Assembly: GCA_963702475.1 (NCBI GenBank)
Contig: CAVPCT010000007.1
Location: forward strand, 22,202 to 86,201
Length of the DNA: 64,000 nucleotides
Source of the DNA: an uncultured Thermoleophilia bacterium
GTDB taxonomy: Bacteria > Actinomycetota > Thermoleophilia > UBA2241
Reading direction: 5' to 3'
The first letter of the stretch is position 1. Each line of letters starts with the position of its first letter. Under the pieces are notes generated by a model that saw only the letters and a program-made list of their open reading frames with translations, did no database searches and was not told the origin of the DNA. Made by a program: the position numbers and the translations under genes. Of the stretch, positions 61,142-64,000 are shown one piece after another.

Positions 61142-62938
61142 ATGAGCAAGATCATCCTGACCGTCAAGGACCTCGAGATCGCGCTCGACCCCTCGGGCGT
61201 GGAGATCGACCACGAGGTGAACTTCGAGCTCGTCGAGGGCGAGGTCCTGGGCCTCGTCGGCGAGTCGGCTTCGGGCAAGACCACGGCGGCCACGTCGCTG
61301 CTCAACTTCCAGCGCCGCGGCGCCATGATCAGCGGCGGCACCATCACGATCGACGAGAGGGACGTGCTCTCGCTGGGCGCAGGTCAGCTGCGCCAGCTGC
61401 GCGGCGGCGTGATCAGCTACGTTCCGCAGGACCCGGGCTCGGCGCTCAACCCGGCGCTGCGCATCGGTCTGCAGCTGCGCGAGATTCTCGAGGTGCACAA
61501 CTTCGGCAAGAGCGACGACGAGCGGCAGGCTCGCATCGCGGAGATGATGGCCGAGGTGCTTCTGCCCAGCGACAGGGAGTTCCTGCGCAGGTACCCGCAC
61601 CAGCTCTCCGGCGGCCAGCAGCAGCGCGTGGCCCTGGCCATGGCGTTCGCCTGCCGGCCCAAGATCATTGTGCTGGACGAGCCTACCACCGGCCTCGACG
61701 TGACCACCCAGGCCCACGTGCTCGACACCATCCGCGACCTCACCAAGGCCCATCACGCGGCCGCGGTGTACGTGACGCATGACCTCGCGGTCGTGTCGGA
61801 GCTGGCCGACCGCATCGCTGTGATGTACGCGGGCAGGCTCGTGGAGATCGGCCCCGCCCGCGAGCTGTTCGCCGGGGCCAGCCACCCGTACACGCGCCGG
61901 CTGCTGCACGCCATCCCGCTGCTCACCGGGCGGCGGCAGCTCGAGGGCATCCCCGGGTTCGCGCCGCGCCCGGGCCGCCGGCCTGCCGGCTGCGCCTTCG
62001 AGCCGCGCTGCGCCTACGCCGTCGAGCAGTGCGAGAAGGAGATGCCGCCGGAGGAGGTGGTCGGCGAGTTCCACCGCGTGCGCTGCTGGCGTCACCAGGA
62101 GGTCCGCAGCCAGGCGCCCGTGCTCACCAACGTCGACGACATGGCGCTCGAGAGTGGCGGCGAGGAAGGGCTTCTCACCGTGCGCGCCGTCACCGCCTGG
62201 TACGGCAAGAAGGAGATCCTGCACGACATCGACATCACCCTGCGCGCGCACGAGTGCCTCGCGCTCGTGGGTGAGTCGGGCAGCGGCAAGACCACGCTGG
62301 CGCGCTGCATCGCCGGGCTGCACCCGTTCAAGGTCGAGGGCGAGATCGCCTTCCAGGGCAAGGAGCTGCCGCGCCTGGCGCGCAGCCGTTCACGCTCCCT
62401 GCGGCACGCCATCCAGTACGTCTTCCAGAACCCGTACAGCTCGCTGAACCCGCGCAAGACCATCGCGCAGATCCTCACGCAGCCGCTGCAGATCTTCTTC
62501 GACTACGACAGGGATCAGCGCGAGCAGCGGCTCCGCGAGGTGCTTGACCTGGTGTCGCTCGACGACACGCTGCTCGGCCGCTACCCGGACCAGCTGTCGG
62601 GCGGCGAGCGCCAGCGCGTGGCCATCGCGCGCGCTCTCGCCGCCGAGCCCACGGTCCTCGTCTGCGACGAGGTCACCTCGTGGCTCGACGTCTCGGTGCA
62701 GGCTTCCATCGTCGAGTTGCTCGTGCGGCTGCAGCGGGAGATCGGCCTCTGCATGCTGTTCGTGACGCATAACCTCGCGCTCATCCGCAGCATCGCCTAC
62801 GACGTGGCCGTGATGAGCGAGGGCCGAATCGTGGAATACGGCAAGACCGACGACGTCCTCGCGGACCCGCAGGACGAGTACACGAAGAAGCTGCTCGCCG
62901 ACACGCCGACCATCGAGCCGGTCACGGTCGACGCCTGA
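61142..62938 (+). CDS. ABC ATPase with two fused nucleotide-binding domains (DppD/DppF-like)
   Basis: GESASGKT and GESGSGKT Walker A; LSGGQ/LSGGE; DEPT/DEVT. Confidence 0.93.
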   Translation: MSKIILTVKDLEIALDPSGVEIDHEVNFELVEGEVLGLVGESASGKTTAATSLLNFQRRGAMISGGTITIDERDVLSLGAGQLRQLRGGVISYVPQDPGSALNPALRIGLQLREILEVHNFGKSDDERQARIAEMMAEVLLPSDREFLRRYPHQLSGGQQQRVALAMAFACRPKIIVLDEPTTGLDVTTQAHVLDTIRDLTKAHHAAAVYVTHDLAVVSELADRIAVMYAGRLVEIGPARELFAGASHPYTRRLLHAIPLLTGRRQLEGIPGFAPRPGRRPAGCAFEPRCAYAVEQCEKEMPPEEVVGEFHRVRCWRHQEVRSQAPVLTNVDDMALESGGEEGLLTVRAVTAWYGKKEILHDIDITLRAHECLALVGESGSGKTTLARCIAGLHPFKVEGEIAFQGKELPRLARSRSRSLRHAIQYVFQNPYSSLNPRKTIAQILTQPLQIFFDYDRDQREQRLREVLDLVSLDDTLLGRYPDQLSGGERQRVAIARALAAEPTVLVCDEVTSWLDVSVQASIVELLVRLQREIGLCMLFVTHNLALIRSIAYDVAVMSEGRIVEYGKTDDVLADPQDEYTKKLLADTPTIEPVTVDA

Positions 62939-63037
62939 CGTGCGGGCCGGCGGGGCCTCGCAGCAGGCCGCCGCCGACCCGGCTCTTCCGGCCCCGCTCC
63001 GCCGAGCGCCCGCGGGGCCCGTCGAAAGGACGCCCCC

Positions 63038-64000
63038 ATGCGGCAACGCACCAGCTGGCTGAGCGACGCCGAGAAGACGCTCATCGTGGAGGAGGCTCTC
63101 GCGCTCCTCGAGCGCGTGGGCATGCGCATGACCGGGTCGCGCGCGCTGGAGACGCTGGCCGCGGCCGGCGCCGCGGTGGACGCCGCGACCGGGGTGGTGC
63201 GCTTCCCGCCGCAGCTCGTGCGCGAGGCCCTCGAGCTGTGCCCCCGCGAGGTCGTCATGGCCGGCGCCACGCCCGAGCGCGACGTGCTGCTGGCCGAGGG
63301 CAGGGGACCGCACTTCTGCTCCTCCGGGTGCGGGGCGTTCGTGCTCGACGACGACAGCGGCGAGCGCCGGCTCTCCACGCTGGACGACCTCGGGAAGGCC
63401 ACGGAGCTGCTCGACGCGTCACCGGAGGTCGACCTCATCTGGACCACGGTGACGGCCAACGACGTGCCGCTCGAAGTCCGCGAGCGCACGACCTTCTACA
63501 CGATGCTCACGCGTTCCGACAAGCACGTCACGTTCGTGGACTGCCCCTCGCAGATCGAGTCGCTGGTGCGCATCGCGGAGATCGTCCGCGGCGACCTGGA
63601 TGCGTTCCGGGCGCGGCCGCGGTTCAGCACGCTGCTCACGGCGGCGTCGCCGCTGCAGGTGGACGGCGACACGCTGGACTTCCACATCTCGGTCGCCTCG
63701 CACGGAGTGCCGATCAAGGTCTACACGATCCCCATGTCGGGGGCGACGGCGCCCATCACCATCGCCTCCGGGGTCACCCTGGCCGTCGCCGAGTTCATGG
63801 GGGTCAACGCGGCCGTGCAGAGCGTGGTGCCCGGCGCGCACCTGCTCTTCGGCGCGTCGTCGAACATCATGGACATGCGCGCCGCCCGCGTCTCATACGG
63901 CGCGCCGGAGTCGCTGCTCATGGCCGCCGCGTCCATCGAGGTCGGCCACCTGCTCGGGGTGCCGGTCGCGGTGCCGGGTCTGGGCACCGACGCCAAACAC
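63038..64000 (+). CDS. MttB-superfamily methyltransferase without pyrrolysine (truncated by window edge; not in the ORF track)
   Basis: MRQRTSWLSDAEKTLIVEEAL... paralogous to 54721; GATAPITIA, DMRAAR.SYGAPE, VPVAVPGL-G-TDAKH (Gly at the Pyl site); open to 64000. Confidence 0.88.
   Translation, partial: MRQRTSWLSDAEKTLIVEEALALLERVGMRMTGSRALETLAAAGAAVDAATGVVRFPPQLVREALELCPREVVMAGATPERDVLLAEGRGPHFCSSGCGAFVLDDDSGERRLSTLDDLGKATELLDASPEVDLIWTTVTANDVPLEVRERTTFYTMLTRSDKHVTFVDCPSQIESLVRIAEIVRGDLDAFRARPRFSTLLTAASPLQVDGDTLDFHISVASHGVPIKVYTIPMSGATAPITIASGVTLAVAEFMGVNAAVQSVVPGAHLLFGASSNIMDMRAARVSYGAPESLLMAAASIEVGHLLGVPVAVPGLGTDAKH

Overview
This window is very GC-rich, gene-dense chromosomal DNA from an apparently anaerobic or facultative bacterium. 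Leaderless genes, TANNNT promoters and the gene content suggest Actinomycetota (inference). About 55 genes are supported; no rRNA, tRNA, CRISPR array or transposase was seen. Main result: a methylamine utilisation locus (12645-19844) carries two amber-interrupted genes. Trimethylamine methyltransferase mttB has an in-frame TAG at 14508-14510 and dimethylamine methyltransferase mtbB has one at 16059-16061, each at the conserved pyrrolysine position of its family, so the organism very probably uses the 22nd amino acid. About 10 other genes still end in TAG, and no pylTSBCD genes lie in the window. Downstream are a URO-D/MtbA-type methyltransferase fused to a corrinoid protein and an MFS transporter. 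Two non-Pyl MttB paralogs flank an ABC transporter near a CdhC-like, thiolase, CoA-ligase and IorAB cluster, suggesting quaternary-amine catabolism. A second unusual item is one ORF (53079-54467) joining a QueG-like Fe-S domain, a DUF1778/TacA-like peptide and a TacT/AtaT-like GNAT toxin. Also present are three type II TA pairs, LutABC, GlcDF, Sat plus a sulfotransferase, and both fumarase classes. Many genes carry single-base indels, mostly +1, that look like assembly errors.
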